Below are positions 1 through 13,495 of a stretch of 64,000 nucleotides of DNA, piece by piece. The position numbers and the translations under genes were made by a program. The stretch comes from Podarcis filfolensis (taxonomy: Eukaryota). The first letter of the stretch is position 1. Each line of letters starts with the position of its first letter. Location: assembly GCA_964270895.1 (NCBI GenBank), contig OZ185436.1; one strand, given 5' to 3'. The notes beneath the pieces are model-generated. The model worked only from the letters and a program-made list of their open reading frames with translations, was not told where the DNA came from and ran no database searches.

Positions 1-47
1 TGACAAAAGGGAACTCTTGTCTCCTGTGGATTCTCTGTCTCTGTATC

Positions 48-51
48 TGTG

Positions 52-83
<32 letters not shown>

Positions 84-98
84 TGCACGCACGCGCGC
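48..98. repeat. Compound (TG)n-(TGCG)n-(CACG)n microsatellite
   Basis: About 50 bp of alternating purine-pyrimidine sequence read directly. Confidence 0.95.
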
Positions 99-198
99 TT
101 CTATTCCATGGTTGGGTGACCGTGGTAGGGGCCAGGTGCTGCCTCAAAATTTGCAAAAAAAACCCCCATACTGCATGTAGCATACCTAGCCTCTAAAC

Positions 199-333
199 CA
201 GGCATAGGCAAACTCCGCCCTCCAGATGTTTGTGACTACAACTCCCACCACCCCTGACCACTGGTCCTGTTAGCTAGGTATGATGGGAGTTGTAGTCCCA
301 AAACATCTGGAGGGCCGAGTTTGCCTATGCCTG
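199..333. mobile_element. Palindromic MITE, 135 bp, CAGG...CCTG ends (hAT-like)
   Basis: TIRs CAGGCATAGGCAAACT / AGTTTGCCTATGCCTG, arms pair almost end to end. A near-identical copy is at 5701-5830. Confidence 0.85.
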
Positions 334-1156
334 CCATCAACTGACTCTCAAACATGTTGTATTATTCCAGCCCTCCTGCACAACAGTGTAAGTACTGGAA
401 TGACCTCCGTTTTAGAGTTTGAGAACTTTCACAGTCAAAATATAACTGTAAGTGCTGTAATGCGTTGTTACAACACTAAACATTCCCTTCAAAGAGCAGA
501 TTACCAAGTTACAAAGTAAGTAGTTATTATATTAAACGTTATCATATTGAATGTCCCAAGATCCATATTAGCCAACTGATATGCCACAACATAGTGGCCA
601 GCCTTTGAGTTCTCTGGCTAAATGGTAAAGTTTGCACAATGCTCTGTGACATTTTGGTTCGCCTAAGAAAACTATTGCCCTAACATAGATTTTTAATTTC
701 TTTCTTATGGGTCAACAAAGCTACCTTCACTTTTTGTGGGACTTTGAGAATACTGAAACTTTAGGAGTGTTTGATGAAACGTTTCCCACACTCCTGGTTG
801 TATGATTAGGACTCGGCTGAATGAACGGAAAGCAGTACAGCTATACACACAAAAAGTGTATAACTGTGGAGTCTTCCATAACAGACCCTTGTTTTGACTG
901 TGGGGACCCTGCCAATTTTTCAGCTTCTGCTTCAGATCAGAGGGATCAAGTGTGCAGCTAGCTGGTAGTGGGTCAGCATGCTTCTAAGAAATCTTCTAAA
1001 TTGATTTAAGTATCTTGCATGGCTTATTGTAGTATGAGTTTTTGCCAATAACAGTGTTACATCTCATAAAATAAGCTGCAGTCAAGCAAATCTTATGCAA
1101 AAGCTTTGAGTCGCAGTATCTCTCAAAGGCATTTGCTGTAGTTTCCACAGATATAA

Positions 1157-1594
1157 GGAAAGGGCTGTTGTTCAGTGACAGAGCATGTGTGGAAGATACC
1201 AGATTCAATCCCGGGTATCTTCATGTAAGGCTGGGAAAGACTGCTGGTTAGAAATATTGGGGAGTCATTCCCCAGTCAATAGTGTAGACACTATTAAGCT
1301 AGATGGGCCAATGGGTTTGACTCAGTACAGTGGTACCTCGGATTAAGTATTTAATTCGTTCTGGAAGTCCGTTCTTAACCTGAAACTGTTCTTAACCTGA
1401 AGCACCACTTTAGCTAATGGGGCCTCCCACTGCTGCCGCGCCGCTGGAGCACGATTTCTGTTTTCATCCTGAAGCAAAGTTCTTAACCCGAGGTACTATT
1501 TCTGGGTTGGCAGAGTCTGTAACCTGAAGCGTATGTAACCTGAAGCGTATGTAACCCAAGGTACCACTGTATAGGGAAACTTCATATGTTCCTA
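1157..1594 (+). mobile_element. Squam3-like tRNA-derived SINE, split by a MITE
   Basis: tRNA-like head, body ...AGCTAGATGGGCCAATGG...GACTCAGTA and TATGTTCCTA tail. Same family as copies near 8950, 13305 and 16500. Confidence 0.7.
1328..1569. mobile_element. Tc1/mariner (Tigger/pogo-like) MITE
   Basis: TIRs CAGTGGTACCT / GGTACCACTG with TA duplication at 1326-27 and 1570-71. Same family as 40020-40261. Confidence 0.9.
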
Positions 1595-1642
1595 ACTACC
1601 AACCCATTTTGAATGGTAATTGAGACTTCAGAAGAATGTTAT

Positions 1643-2546
1643 TGTTGTGACACGTTCTTGTTTTTTTTGAGGGGGGTAGTCTGTATGCCTGAATCCCTTC
1701 TAATTCTTGAATCCAACAAGGATCTAAATGCTGGAATAGCTGGACAAGTTTATGGGTAATGGCCCTTGGTAATGGGTCCTAAAGGGACATGGGTGGCGCA
1801 GTGGTCTAAACCACAGAGCCTAGGACTTGCCGATCAGAAGGTTGGAGGTTTGAATCCCTGCGACGGGGTGAGCTCCTATTGCTCGGTCCCTGCTCCTGCC
1901 AACCTAGCAGTTTGAAAGCACGTCAAAGTGCAAGTAGATAAATAGGTACTGCTCTGGCAGGAAGATAAACTGTGTTTCTATGCGCTGTCTGGTTCGCCAG
2001 AACTGGATTAGTCATGCTGGCCACATGACCCAGAAGCTGTTTGCGGACAAACGCCGGCTCCCTCGACCTATAGAGCGAGATGAACGCACAACCCCAGAGT
2101 CAGCCATGACTGGACCTAATGGTCAGGGGTACCTTTACCTTTTAATGGATCCTAAAGGCAGCAAAGGAAATGGCTCTGTGCCAGATAGAAGATGGGTGGG
2201 GCCCCCTCCCTTAACTGTCTGTTAGTTAGAAAGACAAAAGTCAGAGTTGTGTGTGTGAGCTAGAAGCTAGAATGAGGAAGCAGGCTGGGCAGCTGAGAGA
2301 CAGAGCCATGCCTGATTTCTGCTGGGATCCAAGGCTGTGGCTATGGGAAAAGCATGACCCTCTTGGGGTATTAATGCTATGAGCTCCTCCATCATAGGCT
2401 CAGGTTGTATATATGAGTAAATAAACCATATATCATAAAGACACTAAAGTCTCTGCTATCCCTCATTCCAAGGAAACTGAGCTCTGTGTAAGTGCCTGGA
2501 ACCCCTGGAATGTTGCACTGCTTGGAGACTGGGATGGTGGGCAACA
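1643..2546 (+). mobile_element. Probable solo LTR interrupted by a Sauria SINE
   Basis: TGTTG...CAACA termini, flanks TTAT/TTAG (3 of 4 match), internal AATAAA near 2420, about 545 bp once the SINE is removed. Confidence 0.5.
1785..2142 (+). mobile_element. Sauria SINE, full length
   Basis: tRNA-like head GGTGGCGCAGTGGTCTAAACC, Bov-B-like tail ending in ACCTTT repeats, 15-bp TSD TAATGG(G/A)TCCTAAAG at 1770-1784 and 2143-2157. Confidence 0.9.
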
Positions 2547-5500
2547 TTAGATTAGAGGCATTGCCTCTTTGCTTTATTTCCTGGGGAAACTAGTCACTCC
2601 TTGGAGATTGCACAACAGTCCACTCGACCATTAAGGGCTTGCCAAAATGTACTTTAATGGAGGCCAACCATTCCCAAACACCCACCCACACCGTAATCCA
2701 GTTAGTGGCATATCCTCACCAGGCATGGCCTAGTAACAATTTTTAATCTGGTGCATTCCATTGAGAGATTCTTTGCTGCTGCTTATTTTTCCAAGGTGAA
2801 TTGAGAAATCAAATCCCCCGCTGTGCAAACTGCAATCAAACTCTCCTGGCTTAACAATGCTAGGCAAGGCCTTTGAAAGAGACCCACTTCCCAGGCTATC
2901 TAAATGAGCTCTTTCATTAATGAGTAATGCTGGGAGCCCCTCCCCCCCTTCCAAGATCTAAGGCTGGCTGTGAACACTGACAGAGGTTCGGCTGACAACA
3001 AATGCCCAAATATTTTGTTTGACTTTCCGTGCAAGCAGAGCAACTACCAGGGGGAAGAAGAAGAAAAATAAGGAGGGTGTGTGTGAAGGAGAATACAGTA
3101 TAACTATGTGTGGGAGAAAAGTGTCTTCGAGCCAAAACACTACTTTTAGAAGATGAGATGGCCCTTAAGTACTTAGAGCTGGAACTGAGGTAGCACTTCA
3201 GCCAACAGGCTTGCTTGTCAAGCAATCATGTTGGAGTCCCAAAACTTTCTCAGGAGAAGAGACTCCAGATGATTCTAGGACTCGAATCAGAGTGAAAACA
3301 GCATCCTAGCTGCAGGTAAGAGTTCTGTATAGAACATCAGAGAATGGGAGATCCAAATTGATATGCAATGCACATGTTTTAAAAAAGTGATCACACATTG
3401 TTGTTTAGTTGTGACCCCGTGAACCAGAGCATGGCTTGGAAACTCTCACTTTCTTCTCAAAGCATCTCCTTTTTTATGTCCATGGAGTTTTCTTGGCAAA
3501 AAACTGGAGTGGTTTGCCAGTTCCTTCTCTAGGTGGGTCACATTTAGTCTAATCACACATACATAGCGTTAAAAAAAGACCCACAATTGTGGGAAGTCAT
3601 TTTTTTTTTAAGACATGTTCCTGCTAAGGAACTATTAGTCTCTCTTTGCTTCCCTGAAAGTCTCCTCGCAAAGCCAGTAGCAGAGCCTTGGCCCTCTATC
3701 CACCCTAGTAACCATCTTTTAAAAAGTTCAGATTCCCACACCCAGTTTCAACACATTCAGGTTTTAAATAAAAAGTTTAGTTTATTAACCAGTTTGCTGT
3801 TACATAACATTAAAAGCAACTGTTAAAGGATTACAGCTGTTAATGCCTGGCTTCTGTTACAAAGGTCTGTCCACCTGGGACAAAGTTTATACATGTTCCC
3901 ATATTGTTACAAAAGAGTCATAATTTACTGAACAAAGCCCTGTGGAGTACCTGTGCCAAGTCTGTTATAGCACGAACAACAGGGGGCTATGTGAGAGACT
4001 CCAAGATGCCGCAGAACTGATTAAATAATTACTTATTAAATAACAAGTTATAAGGCAGTAATCCTATATACATTTAACAAGGATTTTCTGTATAGGCATG
4101 TTTAAGATTGCACTGTAAATATATGATTGCACTGCTCATGTATAGAATTGGGTTGCAAATCATCATTTACACCCCTACCAGTCCAGGGTAGTTATTCTAT
4201 CTACTTTCATATTTTTAAATTTGTAAAAAAGATTACAGTACAATCTTGATTAAATTATGCCTGCCCATTTATAGGGTGGATTTTATTATTTCATTCATCA
4301 CAACATCCCAGAGGTGGCTATAAATATTTCATTGTATGACTAGCCAGCTAAGGGCGGAGAGAGGATGACACTCATGGTTATCTAGCAAGTCCATTGATGA
4401 GATAGGATTTCGGACCAGATTTCTGTTTGGTGGACTGCAATGACAGAGAAAGCCTACAACTCCAAACAATTCACTGGGGCAAAACACCTCTGGTTTTCTG
4501 TCACCTTGATCACATACTAGTCTTTAAGAAGGAGAAAGCAAGTTCCGCTTCTCCTTTCGAGACCTTCATGCAGGCAAACTGCAGATCTCACTGTAAGCAA
4601 AACATTTCTGATTGTCTGTTTTCATAGGAAAGAATAGTTAAAGAAGACACAGTTTTGCAACATCCATGAAACCAAAATTTCACAAGCAGAACAGAAAGTG
4701 GATGCAGGAGCAGGGCACAATTTAACCGGTTTTAACACTAACCTGTGCAAAAGGTTATCAGCTGATTTGGCTTCGCCCTCAGTGAGGGCAATTGCAGGGG
4801 AGAAGCAATCCAAAGAGCACAGACTCCCTTAGCAATTATCCCCAAATTCCACCTGGGAAGCAGCTCTTAGGCAAGGTGAAGAGAAGAGAAGAGAAGGCTG
4901 CTCTGACAGCCCCCTCAGGTTTCTAAATACCTAAGTGCCTCTGTGCTGACCTTTTACATCTCTCCTAAAGGTAGACGCTTCTTTGATTGCTTGGCATCAG
5001 AAGCTGGAGGGAGGGGTGAGATGGGAGGGGTGAGAGGCTGGGCTGGCTGAAGGGTGCTTGCAGTTGCATTCCCTCCTAATTGTCAGGGGAAAGGAATTAA
5101 ATTTAACATGCAGCATGGCAACTCAAAGGACCTGAGATAGAACAGTCCGGGAAAGTGATTGAAATAATGTAGAAGCAGAAGAAGTGCAGATGAAAGGTAA
5201 AATGTGAAAGGTTGGGAAACAAAAAGGGAAGGTTTGGAAGCCCTTGCAGCATAACCCTGTATGTTGTGCCTGCTCAGAAATAAGTCCAAATGAGTTAAAT
5301 GAAATTTACCCCATTCCCATATAAGCATGTATATATATAGGCATTTCAGCTTTGCAAGAGCATTGGGGTGTCACTCAAGCTTGTGAGAAGAAAAAGGGTT
5401 TATTTCAGTAGGGAATTTGTAGAGAGGTGGGCAGAAAATGTCCTACACAAAAATGAGAGGAGTGTCCTGGAGGAGGGAGCTCTAAAGCCTGACTGCTGCG

Positions 5501-5700
5501 CTAAGGCCTCCCCAAAAGGCCTTGCCCTATGTCATCCACCCACCCAACCCCCCACCTGATGGTGGCAGGACATGGTGCAGCGTCTCTGCTGAGGATCTCA
5601 CTGGTTGAACAAATTCAAGCGGGTGGTGCTTTAAATTCCCTGGTCCAATGACCAGCACTTACCACTGAGCACAGAAACAAACCAAACACAATGCTGTAAC

Positions 5701-5830
5701 CAGGAATGGCCAAACTTGGCCCTCCAGATGTTTTGGGACTACATTTCCCATCATCTCTGACCACTGGTCCTGTTAGCTAGGGATGATGGGAGTTGTAGTC
5801 CCAAAACATCTGGAGGGCCAAGTTTGGCCA
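5701..5830. mobile_element. Palindromic MITE, same family as 199-333
   Basis: CAGGAATGGCCAAACTTGGCCCTCCAGATG...CATCTGGAGGGCCAAGTTTGGCCA. Confidence 0.85.
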
Positions 5831-8800
5831 AAGGAACCTAAAGATAAGAGCTCATGTACAGAAAGTGGGGGCTCCTTGTCAGGACAGGAGTCAGGAGTCT
5901 GATTAGTCATCATTTGTTTTTCTAGCCTACCCACCCCAGGGGCTCAATGCAGGTTACAATTTTTAAACGCACACCATACCAAATATCCAAAACTAATGTG
6001 TGCCTTCAAGGCTTGGCTTGGGAACTGCAGCCTAATTATGAGTTTGGTACATGAATTTGTGATATTCAGGACCTGCTCCCTTCTGTGCAGCTTCTTACTT
6101 TGCTAGCTCTTGCACCTCTTCAAGAAATCCTGTGCTGAATCCAAATCCTTAAAAACACACACACTAAAAAACAAACAAAACAGCCCTTCTTCTCTGGAAA
6201 CCTGATGGAACCACTCTCCTCACTGGGCCTAGTTCTCTTCCAATGTTTGACAAGTCAACACCCACAGGGTTTGCCTTCTGGAACAATGATGAACCAAGCA
6301 AACAGCCTTGATGCAGAAGAAACTAGTTGAGAGGGGAGAGAGAGAGAAAGAGAAAGGGAAGGATAACTTTTCTTTCCCCCACCAGTCTCAAACTGAGGAA
6401 CTGCCAGGGTCTACACACATGAAAGGCTGAGTTCTTTCCTCAGCTCTAAAATGGAGGGTGTGCGTACCTTGTGATTAGAAAGGGATGATCGAGGAAACCA
6501 CAATTTCCGCCTTCTCCCTGACCAGCTGCTGGATACAGAGCTGCAACCAACCACGCTCCTTGGTGGTAATCAATCCACCATATTAAATCGTATTTCTACC
6601 CAGCTCGTACTGATGACAAACACACCACATACTTGTATAAGGAGCTGGCACCCACCCATGCTGCCCACAAATAGCCCCTTTGAGAAGCAAGATGCCATGG
6701 GTGAGAGCCTGGAAAGAGGGACAAAGCAAGAAAAGCATGGCTGCCTACATGAAGCCACACTTTGGACGTGGCTCCCTGTTGCCTAAGTTCTCTGTTGGCA
6801 AGAGGGCAGAAGGCCACTGCACACCAGGCTGAGGAGGAGGAGGAGGATCACAGCAAGCCTTTCCCTGAGATTCTAGGGACTAACTAAGGGTAGTTAACAT
6901 GGTGCCCTCCAGAAGTTGTTCATTTTCATAATCCCTGACCACTGGGATTTGGAGTCTACAACACCTGCAGAACACCACATTAGTTTCCACTGGCCTATAG
7001 GGAAGTGTAATTCATAGTATCTGAAATCCTTATTTATTCTCCTCTACCGTTAGTGATAAATCACTGTTATTCCCGTTTTGAAAACAAGGAACTGAAGCAT
7101 AGAGGGAGTGGTTGGCTTGGTCAGGAGGATGCAAAATTCCCCCACAGGTGAGTTAGAGCTTGCATTTGCAGCAATGTAAAGTGAATTCTCTTTTCCTTGC
7201 ATCTCACCAACATCAATCCATTACTTTCTTGACATGATTGTGACACTCCCAGCTGCACCTCCTATTTGATCAAGACCTACCACTTAAGTGCCTCAATTCA
7301 GCATCCATATCTATCTAGGCAACAGTAAGCAACAGCCCAGACCCTTCCTACTACCCTGCAGCCCCCTTGAACCCAATGCACACCCCAGAGTCCATTCCAA
7401 ACCTTGCAGAAACTCCTAGAGATGCATCTGCATGCAGCGACTCCTGCTTTCCGTCTGCTGTGAGAACCTATGCTGCTTAAACTGGGTGTACTATAAATTG
7501 GGCAGATACCTGCTAGAGCCCAACCCTAGCTGCTAAGTGGATGCAAACTCCAGATAAGTACTCTTTTAAGTGATCAAGCCAGCATGACAACCTTTCATTT
7601 TTGAGGCTGGGCACTAGGATTTGACCTTAAAAAAATGCATGCAAGATTTTAAAGATGCTTATAACAAGTCCATTGCATGTATTTCTAACCCACAGTAAGA
7701 AAGAACTGTGCTAGGAGAGAACCAATAAAAGGAGAACTATCTGGCAAGAATTACAAAGAAAATTAGGAGAGAAGAACAAGGGTAAAATCCACTTATGTTG
7801 TTTAGGACATGTTCATGTTACTGGCTTAAAATGAGCTAGGTTCCCCTCTTTTCTGAATTGAGATAAAAGCTGGTTTACAGGGAGATAGATCAAAATGCAC
7901 TGTTTCCTAAGTAACATCATGATAGATAAAGGATAGATACGGATTGTGACTAATGTTGTGTGTACAATGCTTCACAAACCAATGGTAGGAGCACACTGGA
8001 TGCAGAGTAAACATGAGTGTGTACACAGCCCAAGTCTTGGTGGGTTACACAAGGGGTGGGCAGACTTCAAGCTTGCAGAATCTACTGGTTTCTCCAGGAA
8101 CCCTGAAGCCCACCAAACTGGGTGCTTCCAGACTGTCACTTTTTAATGGGAATGATTCATATCCGTATTGGAACTTTAGATTTATGTGGTTAGTGGGTTA
8201 AAGGACTCTGTTGCCTTAGCACAATATATCAACTTTTAAAAGGAATATAACTTATTAAAGTTTGTAATATTGACAAGAAAATGCATTGGAAAGTGTGGGG
8301 TGAACAAATGACTAACAGGAAGATGTATAAACACTCCATAAGCAAATCAGAATGAATGCAAGACAAATGCTCATTATCGTATAACTGTGCTTCCTGACAA
8401 ACAAATCAGAAGGAACACTCGGTAAAGCTAGGATGCGGTTTCACCTGTGTCAGCTTGCACAAGCAAATTGGGATAAATATTCAATAAACAGGTAATATGG
8501 AGGGGCACTCAGAGGCAAGTGCAAACTTAATAATTTGTGATCAGTACTGGAATCAAGCTCAAAGTGCCTTCAAACAAAAATCCACTCCTGATGTTCCCCC
8601 ATTCTTACAGGAAACCTAATTTGAAGCACAACAGCTTTTTAATGGTTGCTATTGTTAGACAATTGAGAGTCAGAGAGACTTGCCGAAATCTGCCTCCTGC
8701 CCAGCCCTGGCTTAGTTCTGCTAGGCACTCAACTGTACAGGCTTTTCCTGGCAAGTCAGAAGTCATATCAAGAACAATACAGAGTGAGTGAGTGGAAGTA

Positions 8801-8954
8801 GAAAGTAGTGGGTTTTTACACAGCACCTGCAGTTACAACCACTAGGACAAGATAAGATTTTGCTTGACATCATCCATTACTAAGCTTCTATACCTTGATC
8901 TGTGTAAACTTTGGGGTTAGAGTTCAGCCAGTGTACTACATAAATGATGGCAAC

Positions 8955-9115
8955 ATAGGAAACTGCTTTATCCTGAGTCAGACCATTGGTCCACCCAGCT
9001 CAGTATCATCCACACTTACTGGTGGTAGCTGTCCAGGGTTTCAAACGAGGTTCTCTCCCAGTCCTATGTGAAGGTCCCAGGCATCTTCTGCATTCAAGGC
9101 AGGTGCTCTACCACT
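8955..9115 (-). mobile_element. Squam3-like SINE fragment
   Basis: Reverse complement matches the 1157 and 13305 copies. Confidence 0.6.
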
Positions 9116-10481
9116 GATTTTTTTCTCAGCCAAAGTTTGCCATCTAAGTCAGCAGTTTTGGCTTTGGGCTGCCTGTTCTAGCTTGTTAGCCCACTCTCCT
9201 CCTGGAGCAAAACATGGCTTGGAGTCAATCTCAGGTTAAGTGCCAAGGTTTTCCATTTCACAATAAGATGCTCTCTTCTGTCATCGCCAGATCTGTTTGA
9301 ATCCTCACATGACTTGTCCTTGATGGGCCTGAAACTAGGCAACATCACAACCTATCAACAGTGTGTGTTTGTGTGAACACATGTACAATTATGTGTGTGG
9401 AAATGCCTATAGGTGTGTGTGCTTATGTGTTGTGAATCTGCATTATCCAGATGGCAGCCCAATACATATTTCTGTGCTGGAAGGACCATTGTTGAAGCCC
9501 AGTTCTGATACTCTCAATGACATGTCCATATTAGCAGAGTGTACATCTGGATAAAGAATGCATTGCCTATTCAATTATAGCATGGTTTCAGGGTCCAAGA
9601 CAAATAGGTTTAGAATATGAATCTTTGACACAGATGCGGGATATTACAAACCATTTTTTTCTACAGAACACAAATGAAATAACTTATGGCACTTTCTTCT
9701 CCTGTTCAAATATTTTTCACTCCCTTTGGTAGATTAATGAACTAGTGATCGATTTTAGCCTGCCTTTGATATATTGTGATGTTTTTTCTACACTTTGTGA
9801 CTATCTATAATTGCTTCTTGCTTTGCATTTTATATTAGAACTATTGCTTTACCCCAAACTGCCCCAAGCTACCAGCCTGTGTCCCGTACTTTCAAACTTT
9901 TTACATGAGAGGCTAACCTGAGGCCATCCACCTGTTGCTGGCTGTTGACCACTGGCTTCGGCCAATGCGAGTTGGAGTCCAACAACATTTGGATAGCCAC
10001 AGGTTTGTCACTTCTGATTTAAAGTAAACTGTTGGGTGAAATTATTTGGAGCTTTGGACAAAGGTGTCACTGAATGCAGAACACAAAGCTTTACTGCTTG
10101 TTTCCATCAATTAATTGCAGGGATGCAGTGGAAATGATGAGCATATACCTGGGAACAGTTCCAGGATGAATGAGAGGAAACAAGTGGAAACTTAATCCTG
10201 GTATGGCCCAAGTAAAGTTGCTTGGGAAGATTGCTTCTTTGGATGGAGGTTTGTAACTGCTTTTAGAGAGGGCTGAAGAATCCGATGCATATTGGAGTAC
10301 TCCCTGACTCAGTATTTTCAATGGAACTGCAGGCGACAACAATCACTAGTGCCTTTTAGCAGTTTAGGCAAATTATATACATATACTGTACATACTTCAG
10401 CATGTGCAAAATCCCAGTTGCTGAAATACTTCTGGGGCCTAGCAGCAATTCTGCATCAGCTACAATGGCCACCCATTTGTA

Positions 10482-10722
10482 CAGTGGTACTTCGGTTTAC
10501 GAACAGTCCTGTTAATGAACTATTTCGTTTACGAACTCCACAAAATCGGTAGTAGTGTTCCAGTTTGCGAACTTTACCTCAGTCTAAGAACGAAATCCGA
10601 ATGGTGGAAGGGCACTGGCGGCGGGAGGCCTCATTAGGGAAAGCGTGCCTCGGTTTAAGAACGGATTTGGTTTAAGAACGGACTTCAGGAACGGATTAAG
10701 TTCACAAACCAAGGTACCACTA
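10482..10722. mobile_element. Tigger-like MITE
   Basis: TA-CAGTGGTAC...GGTACCACTA-TA termini; interior related to the 1328 family. Confidence 0.85.
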
Positions 10723-11099
10723 TATCTCTAAAGTTTAAAGTTATGAACAGTTTAAGACACGGTTACTTGAATGACCACTTACACCCCAATGAACCTGCAC
10801 CAGCTCAATAATTGCCTTCAATGTATCACTCTCTGGCTTGGCACTAACTTCAACCAGGTTTCTAGGTAGCAGAATAGGATAGCTGACTGGTGCCTATGCA
10901 TAAAATTTGCTTTTCTTTCTGTGTTTAACAAAATACCCCAACTATAAATTCTAAGAAAGCTGCCATGTGCATTTCATGTTCAAAATTCCAGTCATGGCTG
11001 CTGGGAGTTACACCACTTTTAAGTGTCCTCAGCAGAATTCCTTCAAGACTTGTGGTCTGTACTTACCATATATTTGTCACTGATTAAATTTTAAAGCAA

Positions 11100-11230
11100 C
11101 TGTGGGAAAAAGCCGTATGGCCTCCAGCTGTTGCTGGACTACAACTCCCACCATCCCTGACCTGGCCTGGCTGGGGCCGACAGGAGTTGAGGTTTCAGTA
11201 ACAGGAGGGCAACAGGCTTCTCACTCTGTT
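11100..11230. mobile_element. Diverged palindromic MITE related to 199-333
   Basis: Shares GGCCTCCAG...GGACTACAACTCCCACCATCCCTGACC...GGAGTTG. Degenerate relatives near 6890-7000 and 9905-10015. Confidence 0.6.
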
Positions 11231-11982
11231 TTAAAGGCTACCATGCCAAATGACCAGAAAACATGTTTCAGAGTACAGTAATAAAGGAGTCCCCAAATAA
11301 TGAACTCAGGCCAATTATTCTGATAAAATCTTACATCTCTGCATATTATTTTGAGACAAGGCTTCAAGACCTGCCTGTTTAAAATTTCTGCAGATGGAAG
11401 TTAAAGATCCTCACCTGCTGTTTTTACAAGGTGTGGGACACATCACTTGGTGTATCCAAAATCAAATTTTGTTTGAAGAAAGACAACATGAGCTACTGAT
11501 TATATTATACATTTATCATCACACATGTAATCCTAGACTTCTTCCAAAAATCTTAGGAGATGGAATTATTCCCATTTCATCGTCAGAACAAACACTTTGA
11601 GGGAGGTTTGGCAGAGATACAATGATTTGCCCAACACCACATGCCCAAGCAGGAATCCAAAACGGAGGTCTTCACAATTCAACCCTGGCTTTTTATGGAA
11701 AAGAAACAGCTCTAATTTTTTTGTGGGTTGTATTCTTCTGCATATTTTTGGGTGGGGGAAGGATGAAGGAAATTAACAATAAATAATGGGAAAGTCACTC
11801 ATTTTCCCACAGTGGTGGTGGTGGTGGGGGAAAGTTTGAATGATGCTATCAGTATAGTTACATAACATATATAACCATCTTATTTAACAATTAAAACCAC
11901 AGTTGACTCCAATTATGAAGATGCTCAAGAATGTTGAGCCTCAGGTTTAGGAGTCAACATGTTTGTTCACCTAAGCCATACA

Positions 11983-12034
11983 CACAGAGACAGACAGAGA
12001 CAGAGACAGACAGGCAGAGACACACACACACACA
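11983..12034. repeat. (GACAGA)n-(CA)n microsatellite
   Basis: Read directly. Confidence 0.9.
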
Positions 12035-13304
12035 CTGCAATGTGGTCATTGACAAATCTGTAGTGTTTTTGCTTGATGGAAGGCAGCATTTCTCTCTCAG
12101 AGTACAGCTGCGGCCATGCTGGGATGTTTTCGGTCGCTTGGCTAAGCAGCTGGTGCTAATGAGCTCCCCAACCTCTTGCTGGGGCAGACGCCTAGTTCTA
12201 GACAGGACCAAAGGAGCAGCTTACATAATGCTGCTGCTGCCACCACCACCACCCCGGGCATCCGTCTGAGCTGAACAACACACATATAAAGCCGTTGCAC
12301 ACACCTACAAGACGCTATGTTTCATAATGTGGTTCACATACTAATGGCAGCCAGTTCCGGGAGAGGGTGGGGAAGGAACAGGGCTAAGCTGGCACACAGT
12401 ACTGAAGGGGGAAAGAAATGAATCTGCAGCCGCTGCCAAACATTGTGGTTACCCAAGAAGGGAGGGAGGGAGGGAGGCTTACCCCCTGGGCTTTGAGGTT
12501 TAAAAACAACCCTTGAAAAAAATTGTCCTTGTTCACCTGCCGATGCATATTATCATTATCTAGCATTTGCCAGATTAAAAATAGGAACAGCTGCTTTTAC
12601 TTATGCAAGAGAGCAAGAAGATAAAAGCAATTCCAAAGGAATTCACTTCCTTAGTCTCCCATTCCAGAAATACTTTTTTCTACATTTTGGGACCCACACA
12701 AATTTGTACATTCTTCAATGTGTCATACAGGAATACTTCTAAGTCCACTTTTATAAAGTTTCAGATCCTGCTGTATAACTAGCAAATTTGTTAGCTTCAT
12801 AAAAAGGGATAAAAAAAAACAACCCAATCAGACAGGTGATTCTGGAGAATATGCAAGGTATGATTTTAACACATTTTGAGAAGATTAAATATAGAGGGCA
12901 AGGGCAGGGTGTGGGTGCTACGTATCTAGATTTCGAGCCCTTCTGTTGTTGCCAGAAGCCCAGCACTTTTTTCCAGTTTTGGGGTAGAATGTTTCATCCC
13001 TTGGCTCTACCCTTTTGGGGGAGGGGGGATATTTCTGGTCTCAGTATGGCTTGACTGCTTTAAAGTGAGCTTGAGAACCAGGAGGTTTTAAGAGCCAGCT
13101 CCCTATCCAGATGTGGAAACTAGAAGGCTACAGAAAAGGAGTATCAGCCTCAAGACTTCAAGCAGGACAGTTCCGTCCGTAAGCATTCTACAGAACAGAC
13201 AGACCAATAAATCTTACTCCACAAATGCTACAGTGGCTGGTGCTATTTTATCTACATTTTCACCCAGACTGAAATTTGAATACTCCAGCCTCCTGGAAGT
13301 TTTA

Positions 13305-13495
13305 TGGGGAAGGGCTGTAGCGCAGTGGAGGAGCATCTGCTTTGCACACAGAAGGTCTCAGATTCGGCACCTCCAGATAGGACTGGAAAAGATTCACAGC
13401 CTAAAAATCCTGGAGAGCTGCTGTCATTCAGTGTGGACAATACTAAGCTAGAGATTGACCAAAGGTATAAGGCAGCTTCCTGGATTCACTGACGC
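13305..13495 (+). mobile_element. Squam3-like SINE
   Basis: A-box-like GGGCTGTAGCGCAGTGG head and GTATAAGGCAGCTTCCT tail. Confidence 0.7.

Noticed and set aside
1785-1860. tRNA-like A/B boxes
   Set aside because: These are SINE heads continuing into LINE-derived tails, not tRNA genes.
8631-8782. Plus-strand segment with good acceptor/donor and an open frame
   Set aside because: A single isolated candidate with no recognisable product or neighbouring exons; expected by chance.
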